DNA of 63,274 bases, counting the filler, from Octopus bimaculoides (taxonomy: Eukaryota): NCBI RefSeq assembly GCF_001194135.2. It is 4 parts of 3 records of this genome, joined end to end, with 100 filler letters (N's around TTAATTAATTAA, not from the genome) between each part and the next. Parts side by side here need not be neighbours in the genome. Positions count along the whole stretch, not along the records: positions 1 to 26,873 come from NC_068997.1; 3 more parts are not named here. One strand, given 5' to 3'. The translations under genes and the position numbers were made by a program. A model generated the notes under the pieces. It was not told where the DNA came from. It did no database searches and saw only the letters and a list, made by a program, of their open reading frames with translations. Of the stretch, positions 1 to 12,438 are shown in pieces. Every line of letters starts with the position of its first letter. Positions within the stretch are counted from its first letter, which is position 1.

Positions 1-180
1 TTGACAACCGATGCTGGTGTGTTTAGCTCCTCGTAACATAGCGGTTCGGCAAAAGAGACCGATAGAATAAGTACTAGGCTTACAATGAATAAGTCCTGGG
101 TCGATTTGCTCGACTAAAGGCGGTGCTCCAGCATGGCCACAGTCAAATGACTGAAACAATTAAAAGAGTAAAAGAGTAAA
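1..180 (+). mobile_element. tRNA-derived SINE (family A), 3' part, cut by window edge
   Basis: Matches the 3' half of the full copy at 45250-45650 (ttgacaaccgatgctggtgtg...ccagcatggccacagtcaaatgactgaaac) and ends in taaaagag repeats. Confidence 0.9.
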
Positions 181-584
181 ACATTCAATATTTCTTAACT
201 CATCTTTCTGAATTTCACAATAACTTCATGGTAGGCGCTAGTATCTGTATTTCCATCTCTGAGAGCAAAAAATAATGACGATTAAAGAAGTTTGTTCAAA
301 AATTGCACTTTCAAGCTTCTGAGCATAAATAATGTTCTTTTTTTTTTTTTATCTGAAAAGCTAATAAATTATGGAAGGGAATTTGCGACTCATAAACTAA
401 ATGATAATAGTGATCAATTAACTAGAAAAATGGATCGATGTACATGTCTGATTGTAAACTAGAAAATGTGACCGTGATGAAACGTGATATTATATTTTCC
501 ATTTTCTTCTCGAGACCATCTCAATTTTTTTTTAATTTCCCTTTCTTTTTCTTTTTTTTTTTTTTTTTTTTTGTATTGAAACGG

Positions 585-733
585 AAACAGGCCAAGACTT
601 GATTTGAGAATTACATTCAGTTCCGTATAATTTCATTTGTTGTATGGTAAGTTTTTACCTACATTTCATCTGATAATTTGGGGCGAAATTATATCGTACT
701 GATAAAACATTCAAATCAAGTCTGGGCCTGTTT
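585..733. mobile_element. Small MITE-like element with 23-bp TIRs
   Basis: aaacaggccaagacttgatttga (585-607) matches the reverse complement of tcaaatcaagtctgggcctgttt (711-733) at 22/23; no TSD seen. Confidence 0.6.
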
Positions 734-861
734 TGGATAAACAATATCATTAGATAATTTTATACAAGAGATTTTATAGTTTGTCTGCATTTCTGAGATA
801 AAGGATTATCGTAGGGATAATCGATACATTTGCAGAATGTCTTTGTCTAACTTGTTATATT

Positions 862-903
862 CACAACGTTTTGACCGTTGTAGTTTCTAACATTCTTCAG
901 GTG
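862..903 (-). ncRNA. Decayed minimal hammerhead-ribozyme core (PLE pseudo-LTR remnant)
   Basis: Minus strand reads CAC-CTGAAGA-[hairpin]-C-AAAA-CG-TT-GTG; helix I CAC/GTG, palindromic ACGT helix III, G12 mutated to A. Confidence 0.5.
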
Positions 904-1509
904 TTTGTCACATTATCGAAATTTTTTATTCCGTTGTCCACTGCAAAGGCACTCTCCTACATAGACAGTCTGTAAAAGTCAACATCAGCAAATGCAAGTT
1001 AATCATCTCTGATGAAAATTCAAAACAAATGCCTCAACTTCGCAACAAGGGTGTAGCTTCTAAAATAACTAATTGAGGGCTGACAAGCTGAAACGGAAAA
1101 TGAAACGGAAAATGAAAAGCAAGCACTGCAGAAAGCTAAGTATCATAAGATAGGAAAAATGGCTACTAAAATTCTGCATAAAGATACCGGTATTATCATA
1201 TTGTCAGCAGACAAAGACAATGTATCGATGGTAATGAAGAGAGAAGAAATACTCAAAAACTGGGGCAAGTCTAGTTAAGGCAAGTAACTGAAACAAGTTA
1301 TAGAAAGATCTAACTCTGATACTTGAAATCTGTTACAGATCCAGAAAATTAACAAATTGAATGAATGCAGCCAGCTGAATCAACGTTACACTAGACTACC
1401 ACATATGTACAATCTCCTCAGAATTCACAATGGGGGTATTTAGCTAAACCTATCAGCGGTAGTCAGCGCGTAGCATATATATCTACTGAACATTGCAGAT
1501 ATGGGTCTT

Positions 1510-1713
1510 AAATTTTGGCAAAAGGCCAGCAATTTCGGGGGAGAGGTAAGTCGATTATATGGACCACGGAGCTCAAATTTCATTTATTTTATCGACCCGG
1601 AAGTTATGAAAGGCCAATTCGAACTGTGCAAAACTTGAACTCAGAACGTAAAGACGGACGAAATGCTGCTAATCATTTTACCCAGCATGCTAACGATTCT
1701 ACCAGCTCACAGC
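1510..1713 (-). mobile_element. SINE family B (Deu/Nin-like core), decayed
   Basis: Homologous to 5272-5506 and 26645-26850 (atcgacccggaagttatgaaaggcc...gaactcagaacgtaaagacggacgaaat). Confidence 0.85.
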
Positions 1714-2440
1714 GTTAGTTATTGTAGATATTAATCAACCAACTAATACGCAAACCTCAGTCTTATGTAAATGTCTACAGAAAGTTCAGCCTAATTTATG
1801 AAGATGATTCCATTCATTCTGATTTGATGACTAGTTTGGAAATTACGAGATTCTTCGTCAAGGTTCCTACGGTAAGGTTCTGTCGGCAGTTCAGCTTAAA
1901 CTGGAATCGGATCCTTCCATTGGGAAACATACCAGTGTCTCGATAGGTAATCTAGAGGTGATAATGATATTCTGTGTAAAAATAATCTGTATCGGTACGA
2001 AGAAGGATTAGCTACGGATTCACCATTATCCCCAGTGATGGAAAACATAATGGACTAGTTTAAGGAAATTACTTTAAGAACATATCCATACTCTATATTC
2101 ACTAGGGAGAAGCGCAAGTACAGCTAGAGTAAGTGAACTTAATAAGACCTTCAGTAATTATAATAGAAAAGAAAAAGAATTAAACTGGCCTTCTTGGATT
2201 CACAAGATCCGTTTGTTGCAAAGCCACATTTACTGAACAGATAACATCGAGTAAAACATTTATTGATGTGTGTCGGAGTGAGACATTCATTAACAATAGA
2301 TTATCAAGCTATGAAATATCCTAACAAACATAGCATCAGTTTTAAAAAGCAGAGATATAAAGGTTGAAGATATAAATCAAAAAACTGCCACGATTTGTGT
2401 ACTTTAAATTAGAAGCATCGGAAAACTTTTACAAGATATC

Positions 2441-2810
2441 TTTTATTTATTCCAGTCATTTGATTGCGGCCATGCTGGGACAGCGCCTTTTAGTCGAAGA
2501 AATCGACCCTAGTACCTATTTTTAACCTCGTACTTATACTACCAGTCTCTTCAGCTGAATCGTTTGAATACGGGGATGTAAACACACCAACACCGATTGT
2601 CAAGTGGTGGTGGTGGACAAACAAAGACACAAAGACACACACACACGTACGATGGGCTTCTTTCAGTTTCCGTCTACCAAATCCACTCAGAAAGTTTTGG
2701 TCGGCACGAGACCGTAGTAGAAGACACTAGCCCAAGATACCATGCAGTGGAACTGAACCCGGAACCATATGGTTGGGAAGCAAGCTTCATATCACCCAGC
2801 TACGTCTGTA
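2441..2810 (-). mobile_element. SINE family A, near full length
   Basis: Reverse complement of the 45250-45650 layout, with head (ctgaacccggaaccatatggttgg) and tail (ccagtcatttgattgcggccatgctgg). Confidence 0.9.
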
Positions 2811-3959
2811 GACAATACATCCATGACAACGTTGAAAAGCAAGTCTATCTTCAGGAGACATCTTCCCAAAACTTCTATGATAAAGAACTGTATGTATTCC
2901 ATCCCACGCAGTTATGAGAATAAATATAAATGTAAAACTATCCCCTACCCCGAATAAGAGGCTAGAGGAACTTTCTGAGTTGCATTCTAGAGACAGGAAA
3001 ACAGAAAAATCAAGTATAGCTGTTCATTTGAGGAAGGAAAATTAAGGTCACCAAACCTCCGGAAGAAAGTCAAGCTAATTGGTAGGAACAATGACAGAAG
3101 ATTAGACAAATGAAACAATCAGTGCATACACTGTTTTGAAAACCTCCTCAGTAGAACTAGTATGGGGATTAAATCCACATGGGAACCATTAATTAAGAAC
3201 ATACATTAAGACTATAACCATAAATAAATTAAAACTCCTAATTTCTATTACCTAATTGTTCCATAAGTCAATGTAATAGAGAAGGTAAGCGTTGATTAAA
3301 TTTTAAAAGTAGCGGTTTACCTAGTGGGCGTAACTTTAACACTTGGCTCATATATACTTCAGTGGAACGAATTTGCATAAAATCTGAATCGTACGCTGAT
3401 ATATTTGGAGTGTCCTCATCTTGAATGTCACAGTCACAACATTTCGAACCTCTTAAAATGTTTATCGTATTTAGTAATGTTATCGGAATTAATAATTAAT
3501 GTTACTGAGGCAGATTTTTCTCACTCTGTTGTCTATACCAGGAATATTCTCATATTAGTTATTCTCATAAAAATGGTATTGCATGTTCGTTCCACTGAAG
3601 TATATACACCGAGTTTCCTCTATGAATCTTAAAATGAAATTTCAAACAATTTTACTACACCATCGTTAACGCACCCATACAAAATCAAAACACTGTTATG
3701 TATACTGCACGCGATTAAATCCACCTCACCCGCAGTCTTGTTTCTATTATTTTCATGCTTAAAGAAAATTCAATATGAGAAATTCATGCAAATTGTTATT
3801 TCGCTTCTTTATAATTTTCCTCATTTCATTGTATAATAGGAACGTTAAAAGAAACAGTCATCAAAAGTATCTCAAATAACATTTGATCAGTGTCGTTTCG
3901 TCTCTCTTCGGATCTTTAAGTACAAAATTAAACAGAGGCCTCGAAAGTATCTCCCGTAA

Positions 3960-4620
3960 ATGATATACCATTCTTGTGTTTTTCAACATCAAGAAAACAC
4001 AAATGCTACTCATATCAATAAGGTGTTGTCGCACGACACCCACTCCCTTCATTAATGAGAAGCACTCAACAAGAATTCTCAAAATCATCCCAATTGTCGG
4101 CTTTCTCTATTACCAAAGATCTCTCACAGCGAAAGCCTATCCTTAACATAACTAGTAATGCATCCTAAGACTGGTCCTTCTCTTTAGGATCAGAAGATAC
4201 TTCAGAGTTTTGTAGGAATATTCCACAATGGAATATTGCTCTCATATTGGGGACAGTGATGCTGCTTCAATAAACACAGACATCCTGGGGTACATTCAGA
4301 AAAGGCCACCTGAGTGATTCTCATAAAAATCATAGATACGATCCGGCCTTTTACCCACCAGTCTGCTATCTTATCTTTCTACGTTTTCTATCGCTGCTTT
4401 ACTGGCCTCTCCTCCTTGGAGCTGGCTGGGCTCATGTCATCTCCACTTTCACGTTCCCATCCCATTCATTTCTCCTCTTTCCAGGTCACACTCTAATCAC
4501 TATGCCTAGTTCTTCCTTTCCAAAATCTCGGTTTCATATCTTTCCTGCAGATGTTGACTTACAAAGGTTCAAGTGGAACTTGAGGGGCATCAACCTCACG
4601 GTTTAGAAGATTAATTCCTC
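3960..4620 (+). mobile_element. 3' end of a CR1/L2-group LINE RT, decayed
   Basis: Frame pieces LVFFNIKKTQ, LVLLFRIRRYF, PTMEYCSHI, IQKR, FYRCFTGLSSLEL and FPADVDLQRFK follow the C-terminal RT order of CR1/L2/Daphne-like LINEs. Confidence 0.75.
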
Positions 4621-5084
4621 TTCTTTTACACCCAGCAAACAAAAAAAATCATGTAGCAAATCCTTTCGTTCTTTGTCCGATTTGTTATTGCTAGTCTTTC
4701 GCCATATTAAAGTGACTACTATAATACAGCAGAACTACCATTACATTTTTTCTCCTCAGTACACTGCAAGTTTGGATATAAATCTATATTATAATATCAA
4801 CAATAATCTATACAACAATGTTAAAATACAGCACAGCAGTCTATTTTGCTGTAGTTCATAATATATATGTAATGCAATACTTTACATTCTTATACAGCAA
4901 TGTTAATATACACTTTATGTAGCAGGATTAAGACAGAAGTATTATCATATATATTTATTTTACTTTGTTAAAAAACATTTCTGCTGCAGTGATTTACATT
5001 GATACTTCGGTACCAATGACAGGTTCTAATTACAATGACATCTTTCAAAACTATTTTCTGAATTACCTACTCATAACCTCATAA

Positions 5085-5250
5085 TCTTTTCTACTCTAGG
5101 CCGAAATTTTGGGGGAGAGGGCCAGTCGATTAGATCGACCCCAGTACGCAACTGGTACTTAATTTATCGACCCCGAATGGATGAAAGGCAAAGTCGACCT
5201 CGGCGGAATTTGAATTCGGAACGTAAAGACAGATGAATACCGCTAAGCGG
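5085..5250 (-). mobile_element. SINE family B, tail variant 1
   Basis: Core cgaccccgaatggatgaaaggcaaagtcgacctcggcggaatttg with the aattttgggggagaggg tail also seen at 1510. Confidence 0.85.
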
Positions 5251-5271
5251 TCCGCCTAGCTTTCTAACATT

Positions 5272-5506
5272 TCTTATTTCTTCATTGCCCACAGGGAGCT
5301 AAACATAGAGGGGACAAACAAGGACAGACAAAGGGATTAAGTCGATTGCATCGACCACAGTACGTAACTGGTACTTAATTTATGCACCCCGAAAGGATGA
5401 AAAGCAAAGTCGACCTCGGCGGAATTTGAACTCAGAACGTTAGCGGCAGACGAAATACCGCTAAGCATTTCGCCCGGCGTGCTAACGTTTCTGCCAGCTC
5501 GCCGCC
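5272..5506 (-). mobile_element. SINE family B, tail variant 2, full length
   Basis: tRNA-like head ggcggcgagctggcagaaacgttagc on the minus strand, core gtcgactttgcttttcatcctttcgggg, tail shared with 26645-26850. Confidence 0.9.
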
Positions 5507-8169
5507 TTTTTGAAAAGGAATATTATGAATGTTAACGGTGCAATAAATGTCAAATGAACGATAATGGTTACGAAACTGATGAGTTTATTCATTATCTTGC
5601 TTTGGATCAGATTTTGAACAAACTTTAGTGCCGGAACTTAACACGTTGCTGCATAATACTGTGGGGCGTATTTAGCGTTAGTGACGTGCATTATGAGATA
5701 AACGTGTTACGCTTTCGAACAACGACTTATGAAGTAGTACTCAATAAATGGGGTTGCTTCTTAAATACTTAAATACTTAAAATTTACTAACCCTTTTCTA
5801 AATAGTAAATTTAAGAGAGATATAGTACTAATAATATACTTGAAAATTGTTCGAATAGTGAGTTAGAGCAAACTTTGCTTTTCTATTTTACATTATTCAT
5901 CGCAATATAGTTGCAGAGTATCATAGAGTTTGTGGCATAACATGGAAATATTCATGTATCAGGAATTTTACATTGTGATATATTTGAAAACTGATATATC
6001 ATAAATAAATGAAGCAAAAAATAGTTATCTATTTAGGATAAAAACATTCCTGACTTTTAAAATAGATATTAATATTAAATATCTAAAAGACATATTCTCT
6101 AATATTGCTTTCTTGCATTGTCGCAATGTCACAAGTTTTTTAAAGTAAGTAATAGTCAAACGACCTCAATATATAACTAGTACAGCCATAACATGCTGAA
6201 AACATCGGTTCTCGTCCAGTTCGCGAAGTCAAGAAACAAGCTCTGTTAGTGCTTAGATGAATAATCTGTTAGAAAGCGATATGCCATAAGTGTCTGTAAA
6301 TGGGCCAACAAAGGTGGTTCTACCTGTTCATTTGACTTGGAATACAAAGTCTCTACACCATCACTCGACAAGAAATAGCAGTCAAATCTTCCTGAAATCA
6401 AACCTCCGTACTCTTGAAAATATAATCCAATGTAATTCAATATATACAAAAAGAGAATAGAGTCATGATAGGAATAACTTTGATTAAAGATATACTCGAT
6501 CAGAACTTACCAACGTATACACTTATTTTATTGTCATAGAACGTTGTAAAGTAATGTCGCCTAAAGCAAATACTGCAAAGACTACAGTTTGACACTATAC
6601 AGCTGTTTCTATTCCATGACCCCAATTAGATAAAATATTACACGTACAAGGTTTGTATCACATAGAAAACAAATCTAAAGAAAATCAATTTCAACAATTT
6701 AATGAAAAAAGAATAATTAAATTATATTGATCTACTCGACCTTTAAACCTGGAGTTTGTCTAAAGACTGAGATCATCTTGGGTTAATAGTTGCAGACTAT
6801 GATATTTAATTGGGTGTGGAAAATTAAACAGAGTTAATCATATTGTACAAGTATATAACACAAGGTCTTCAATAAGATATGATAGCATAATCTTATCCAT
6901 TGGGGTATTTTATAGCATCTCCACTAATGTTTATATATCTGCCATAAAAATAATGTTAATGTATCTATATCAATTATGTTCTTGTGCATTGAGACAATCA
7001 GAAAATGTATTCTTTTATCTGATACCTTTGAAAGAAACTAGTGAAATTAAACTTTGATCTAGCTATAGAATTTCAATACAGTTTCGCATTCGTATCAATA
7101 ATCGACGTTTTTTCTATCATCTGTTTGAGTGCGTGCGTGTGCATGCACATGCGTATGCAGACCTCTCCTTTGGGGTATTTTTCCTAAACCATAAGTGTAA
7201 TTTGAAGATTGTTGCCGTCGAAAGATAATCTTGTCTAGCTGATTATAATAATAGTAGATAAGAACTTTATTAACGTCAGTTTGGTGATGACAATGAAAGA
7301 AATTCTAATATTCATTTCTATTCCCACTTTCTTTTTCTTTTTTGTTTTCTTTTTCTTTTTTTGTTTTGTTTTGTTTTTGTTTTTTTGTTTGTTTGTTTGT
7401 TTGATTTTTGGCAATGTTCCTAGTTTCAAGAGATGATGTAGTATTTATTAATTTATTTTCTGTATTAAAACAATTCGACTCCAATTTAAAAAAAAGATTA
7501 TTTCTTCCTCTTCGTTTTCTTCTCTTTTCGTATTATTTATTATCATTATTCATCGTCTATTTCGCTTCCGCTCATATTGATTTTTTTCCTCATTAAACCA
7601 AAAGGAAAGCCAATTATGAGGTGTCATTACAAAATAAAAATGAGATAAAGACCTCACGATTACCAGTTGGTCTTGTGAAAAAAAAAACACCACTGACTTC
7701 ACACAAAATTATCATTCTAAACAACTCATCTTACTTTTTATTACTTTCGAAGCGAATTTAAATGCCTAAACCTTTGATAATTTTCCATCTTCACACTCTG
7801 GCTTAATAAATAGGAAAAATTTACGATAAATTTAACAAATAATGTTTCCCATATTCAATTATACCAAAGACACAAAACTAAAGACAAATTACTCATGAAA
7901 TGTTCTATACTTACATATAAAGGAGTTATTCGTTGAGAATCATACAGAATTCGGTAAACTTCAATTATTTTGAATGAATTATTTTGTTTCTTTTTGTTTC
8001 TATTTTTATACAATTTCGCTGATACTTTATTTATCCCAGTTATTTCTTTTATTGTTATTTTTTCCAATGGCATCTACGTATAACTGCATTTGTATAACTC
8101 TACGTATATATATGCGTGTGTATAAACATATTTGTCTGTATATGTGTAACTACGTCCATATACTATGCA

Positions 8170-8380
8170 TTGTTTCTCTTATTGGACTGAGACCATGCTG
8201 GAACACAGCCTTGATAGTTTTAATCAAACAACTTGAGCAAGTATTTTTATGCATTTACGCTTTTTAAGTCTGGTGATTATTTTTTACCTCTCTTTTGCCG
8301 AAGCACAAAGTCTTTGGGACGTAAGCCAAGTAACACCAGTTGTCAAGAGGTAAATGTACAAACGTAGACTGAAGGACACG
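8170..8380 (-). mobile_element. SINE family A 3' fragment, old
   Basis: ggactgagaccatgctggaacacagccttg...cttttgccgaagc...acaccagttgtcaag. Confidence 0.75.
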
Positions 8381-8939
8381 CTCATATACACATAGATACG
8401 TATGTATAAGCAATGTCTTCAATATATATTTGATTGTTCGTTCCTCTCTGTACTGTAAAAGGTCTTTTTATATTTTTTGTTGGTCGTAATTATTCATACC
8501 AGTTTGTAATTCCTGAGGAAGAATCTAATTTTTATTTCAAGTAGAATTTTTCGTTTTTGTCTTTGGAATTAACTAGACACCGAAACAATTTGTAGAATTT
8601 ATATTGGATTTGTACCAACTTGGATTTGAATTAAAGATCGTCTACACCTATATATTTTTTCCTTTCCTTATACTTTATATATATAAACTGTATTAAATAA
8701 TTCTCATAGACTTTCATAGAATTACTTATACGATTATTTAATAGAATTATTTAATACAGTTTTAAAGTGTAAAGGGGATTTTTTTTCATTATTTCTTTTT
8801 TTATAAATGTAATGAGGATGTAATAAATGTAATAAATCTTATGAGGATGTTACCAACCATTTTTGAGAAAAACTTTTTTCTAGTGTGTGTGAGTGTGTAA
8901 ATATATGTGTGTGTATGTATGTGTTTGTGTCTATGTATA

Positions 8940-8981
<42 letters not shown>

Positions 8982-9124
8982 TGTGCATGTATATATATAN
9001 NNNNNNNNNNNNNNNNNNNNNNNNNNNNNNNNNNNNNNNNNNNNNNNNNNNNNNTATGCATATAGAATATATATGAGTATACACATATATATCACTGTAT
9101 CAACTACACCATCGGATGTTGTAC

Positions 9125-9580
9125 ATTGCTAGTCACAATGCGTTTCCAAATGATTGTACCCTTCTTTTCCATCTTGGCCCGAATCGTTTAACTAAATCTG
9201 TCTTCTAAAATGCACGCGCTCACCTAGTGTTTGTGATCCTTATGACATGTCTGGCCCATTGGAAGTTGTGCTTTCGATGTTCTACGATCACCTTGTTCAC
9301 TCCGCTCCGGTTTCGAATAACTTCATTTCGGATATTCTCCCGCAATGATACTTATAGCATGGATCTTTCCATGGAGCTGTGTGCCATAACCAATCGATGT
9401 TCTCTCACCCACCCCTTCGTAGTAGCCCACGTCCACTTGAGTATGAAAGCGCATGCAAGCGCATGAACCCAGCTTTGCCTTGAGAACGTTCTTTATTAAA
9501 AGGAACGCCGTCTATATTCTACTTAAACTACACGAGACTTCTGCATCCAGATCTTGGGACATATTAACGTAATCCTTTAT
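9125..9580 (-). mobile_element. RTE-clade LINE 3' end
   Basis: Minus-strand pieces AHSSMERSML, RENIRNEVIRNRSGVNKVIVEHRKHNFQWARHVIR and DLVKRFGPRW match the RTE C-terminal pattern. Confidence 0.75.
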
Positions 9581-9619
9581 GTATGACTATGTATGTGCAT
9601 GTATATTATATATCTTTCC

Positions 9620-9848
9620 TCTTTTACTTGTTTCAGTCCTTAGACTGTGGCCATGCTTGAGCACTGCCTTGAAGACCCTTTCAAGAAGTTGAATGAATCG
9701 ACCACAGTACTTATTTTTTAAAACCTGTTACTTATCATATCAGGCTTTATTGCCGAACCGCTAAGTTACCGAGACAGAAACACACCACCACTAATTGTCA
9801 GGCAGTGGTGGTGGTGGTGGTGGTCCAAATACAGAGGCACACACAAAT
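9620..9848 (-). mobile_element. SINE family A 3' fragment
   Basis: cttttacttgtttcagtccttagactgtggccatgc...gccgaaccgctaagttac. Confidence 0.85.
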
Positions 9849-9859
9849 AAGGCGATGAT

Positions 9860-10520
9860 TAGTCAACACTCCAAATAACCTTCTCGACATCAACCATAAC
9901 TCATTTGACAAACCTGAAGACAACGTTTATCACTCGAATTATACTATCAAACAACAGAGCAATAATTACAATATCCATGATAACCATCCAAAAGAATAAC
10001 ACCAGCAGTAATTCAAATAATAAACTTAGAACACCTACAAGTAGTGATAATAAAACGATAATATTGACAACCAGCATTACCGAATAGAACCAATCCCTCA
10101 AGCGCTCGATGTACACAGGCCAACAAAATCAAACAGTTATCCTCATGCAGAGATAGATCCAATTGTCCTTTGGATAACCAATGTATGACTAAAAACGTAG
10201 TATACAAGTGCACTACAAACACTTGAGGAGGCTCCTACTTATATATCGGGACATCGATACCGCAACCACAGGCATGTGACATCGCTGGTCGATTTTATCT
10301 GGAGGCTAAAGGAAGCGATGACAAAATACGACCTTACATGGTCCATACTTAGACACGCGAGTCCCTACAATACTATATCCTGGAAATGCCAGTTATGCTC
10401 CGATGAGTCACTCTCGATATGTTAACAAAGGAGCGTATGATAAAAAATTCATTAAACAATTACTCAGATGCCTACACGCAGCTAAACACACATTCACATA
10501 TTACAATCACGACCATACAT
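9860..10520 (+). mobile_element. Naiad-like PLE, 3' part (N-rich linker plus GIY-YIG endonuclease)
   Basis: SCRDRSNCPLDNQCMTKNVVYKCTTNT*GGSYLYIGTS ... SLVDFIWRLKE ... YDLTWSILRHASPYNTISWKCQLCSDESLSI ... CLHAAKHTF. Confidence 0.8.
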
Positions 10521-10627
10521 AACTTGATGTATACATGGCGCCCACAACTCTAAATAGACCTGAACTTGAGGGACTATATTCGAATAACTTGTATTTGACA
10601 TATGATCTCGCAATCTAGTTCCATATA

Positions 10628-10694
<67 letters not shown>

Positions 10695-11603
10695 AGGGAT
10701 ATCGCTAGAACGTGTACATTGAATTTGCTGTGGGTAGTGGAANNNNNNNNNNNNNNNNNNNNNNNNNNNNNNNNNNNNNNNNNNNNNNNNNNNNNNNNNN
10801 NNNNNNNNNNNNNNNNNNNNNNNNNNNNNNNNNNNNNNNNNNNNNNNNNNNNNNNNNNNNNNNNNNNNNNNNNNNNNNNNNNNNNNNNNNNNNNNNNNNN
10901 NNNNNNNNNNNNNNNNNNNNNNNNNNNNNNNNNNNNNNNNNNNNNNNNNNNNNNNNNNNNNNNNNNNNNNNNNNNNNNNNNNNNNNNNNNNNNNNNNNNN
11001 NNNNNNNNNNNNNNNNNNNNNNNNNNNNNNNNNNNATATATATATATATATATATACGTACATATATATGTATGTTATTGCATATATGAGCATATGAAAA
11101 TGCCTGAATAGATATGAAAGTATACCTAAATGTGTAAATATTTGTATATGTCTGTAGGCATACTAACCTACATCTGTGGAGATAGAACATTATCAAACAG
11201 ATATCTAAGATGATAAACATGGGAATATTGTGCTTATTTCTCTGAAACCTAAATACCCTTGGCTAAAAATATGCTCTACTCAGAGAAAGAAAAGCAATAT
11301 ATACACTCTTTTGTCTGCGTAGTAAAACATTCCTCATCTGCATATAAGTATAAAGCTAATTCTTTGACTTAATTTAGCACATTCGTTGTAGCAGTGTACG
11401 ATAACGCTGTTGTCTACACAGTATGAATACTAAAGATCGCATAACATTTATGTTATGAATGTTATGCAATCTCTGAAGATTTATGATGACATTTCTTGCA
11501 TTACCGATATTTATTTATTGTTCATGAAATGCGAATACGATGACACAACTAAATATGTAGACAAACTCTCCTGTTTTGTTTTACTTTTTACTTGCACATT
11601 CTA

Positions 11604-12438
11604 CGAGATGGTATCAAAAGGCTCTCGGACCAGTTATGTTTAATAAAATATTTATTTGTCCAAGTTTAAACATCATCTACTTCGAAACGGTCACCTTGCG
11701 CAGCAATACACCGATCCCAGCGTTCCTGCCGCTTTTGGAATCCGGCCTGGAAGTCGTTTTCTACAAATTAATCGAGGTCCTTCTGCAATTTGCTCTTGAT
11801 CTCGACAACAGTGTTAAAACGGAGACCTTTGAGCAGCATTTTCATCTTGGGGAAGAGATGGAAGTCCACAGGGGATAAATTTGGCGAATAGGGTGAGTAC
11901 GAAAACGATACCATGTAGTTTTGGGCAAGAAACTCACGAATGTAGAGAGCTCGATGACAGGGTGCATTGTCGTCGTGAAGAATCCAATTCGCCAATGTAC
12001 TCCCTCAAATGCTTCAAAACATCGCAGTAGGGAGACGAATACTCGATGCAAAATACTACATTTCCGGAATGACCTCGTAACAGGTCTTCCAGATCGCTCG
12101 TCGTCTTCCAAGGACGTTCTTCCGCTTTTGAAGTACGACCCATTGCCTCATTACTGTAAGTTTGCCGAAGCATGCTAAATGTCTCTGCAGCAGACTTCCC
12201 AAGAGTAACGCAAAATTTCACGTTGGCTCTTTGTTCCTGTCCATGCTAAAATCGCAGTCTACAGCATATACGTGATCACAAAAACACATATTTCACAACT
12301 TATGAAATGAATACAGCGATGTCACTAGACATGCTACCTCATGAAGGTCACTGCTAGCTTTCACTGTGCACCCAACCGTGTGCTGTCATCTGTTGTCGCA
12401 CTACAGAACTAATCTGGGAACTTTTTGATACTACCTCG
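11604..12438 (-). mobile_element. Internally deleted mariner (DD34D) element with both TIRs and TA TSDs
   Basis: TA at 11602-3 and 12439-40; imperfect ~32-bp TIRs; N-terminal MKFCVTLGKSAAETF and EDDERSGRP joined to LHDDNAPCHRA...YSPNLSPVDFHLFPKMK. Confidence 0.9.

Larger units (their letters stand above)
1000..3260 (+). mobile_element. Decayed Penelope-like retroelement (RT region), interrupted by two SINEs
   Basis: Broken-frame motifs IIILSADKDNVSMVMKREE, RLPHMYNLLRIHNGG, LMTSLEITRFFVKVP and EGLATDSPLSPVMENIM correspond to PLE RT motifs ADKG, PxLYGLPKIHK, SFDVxSLFTNVP and GxAMGSPLSP. Confidence 0.7.

Noticed and set aside
9860-10450. Initially read as a minus-strand continuation of the adjacent RTE
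   Set aside because: The plus strand gives a much clearer GIY-YIG/Naiad motif series
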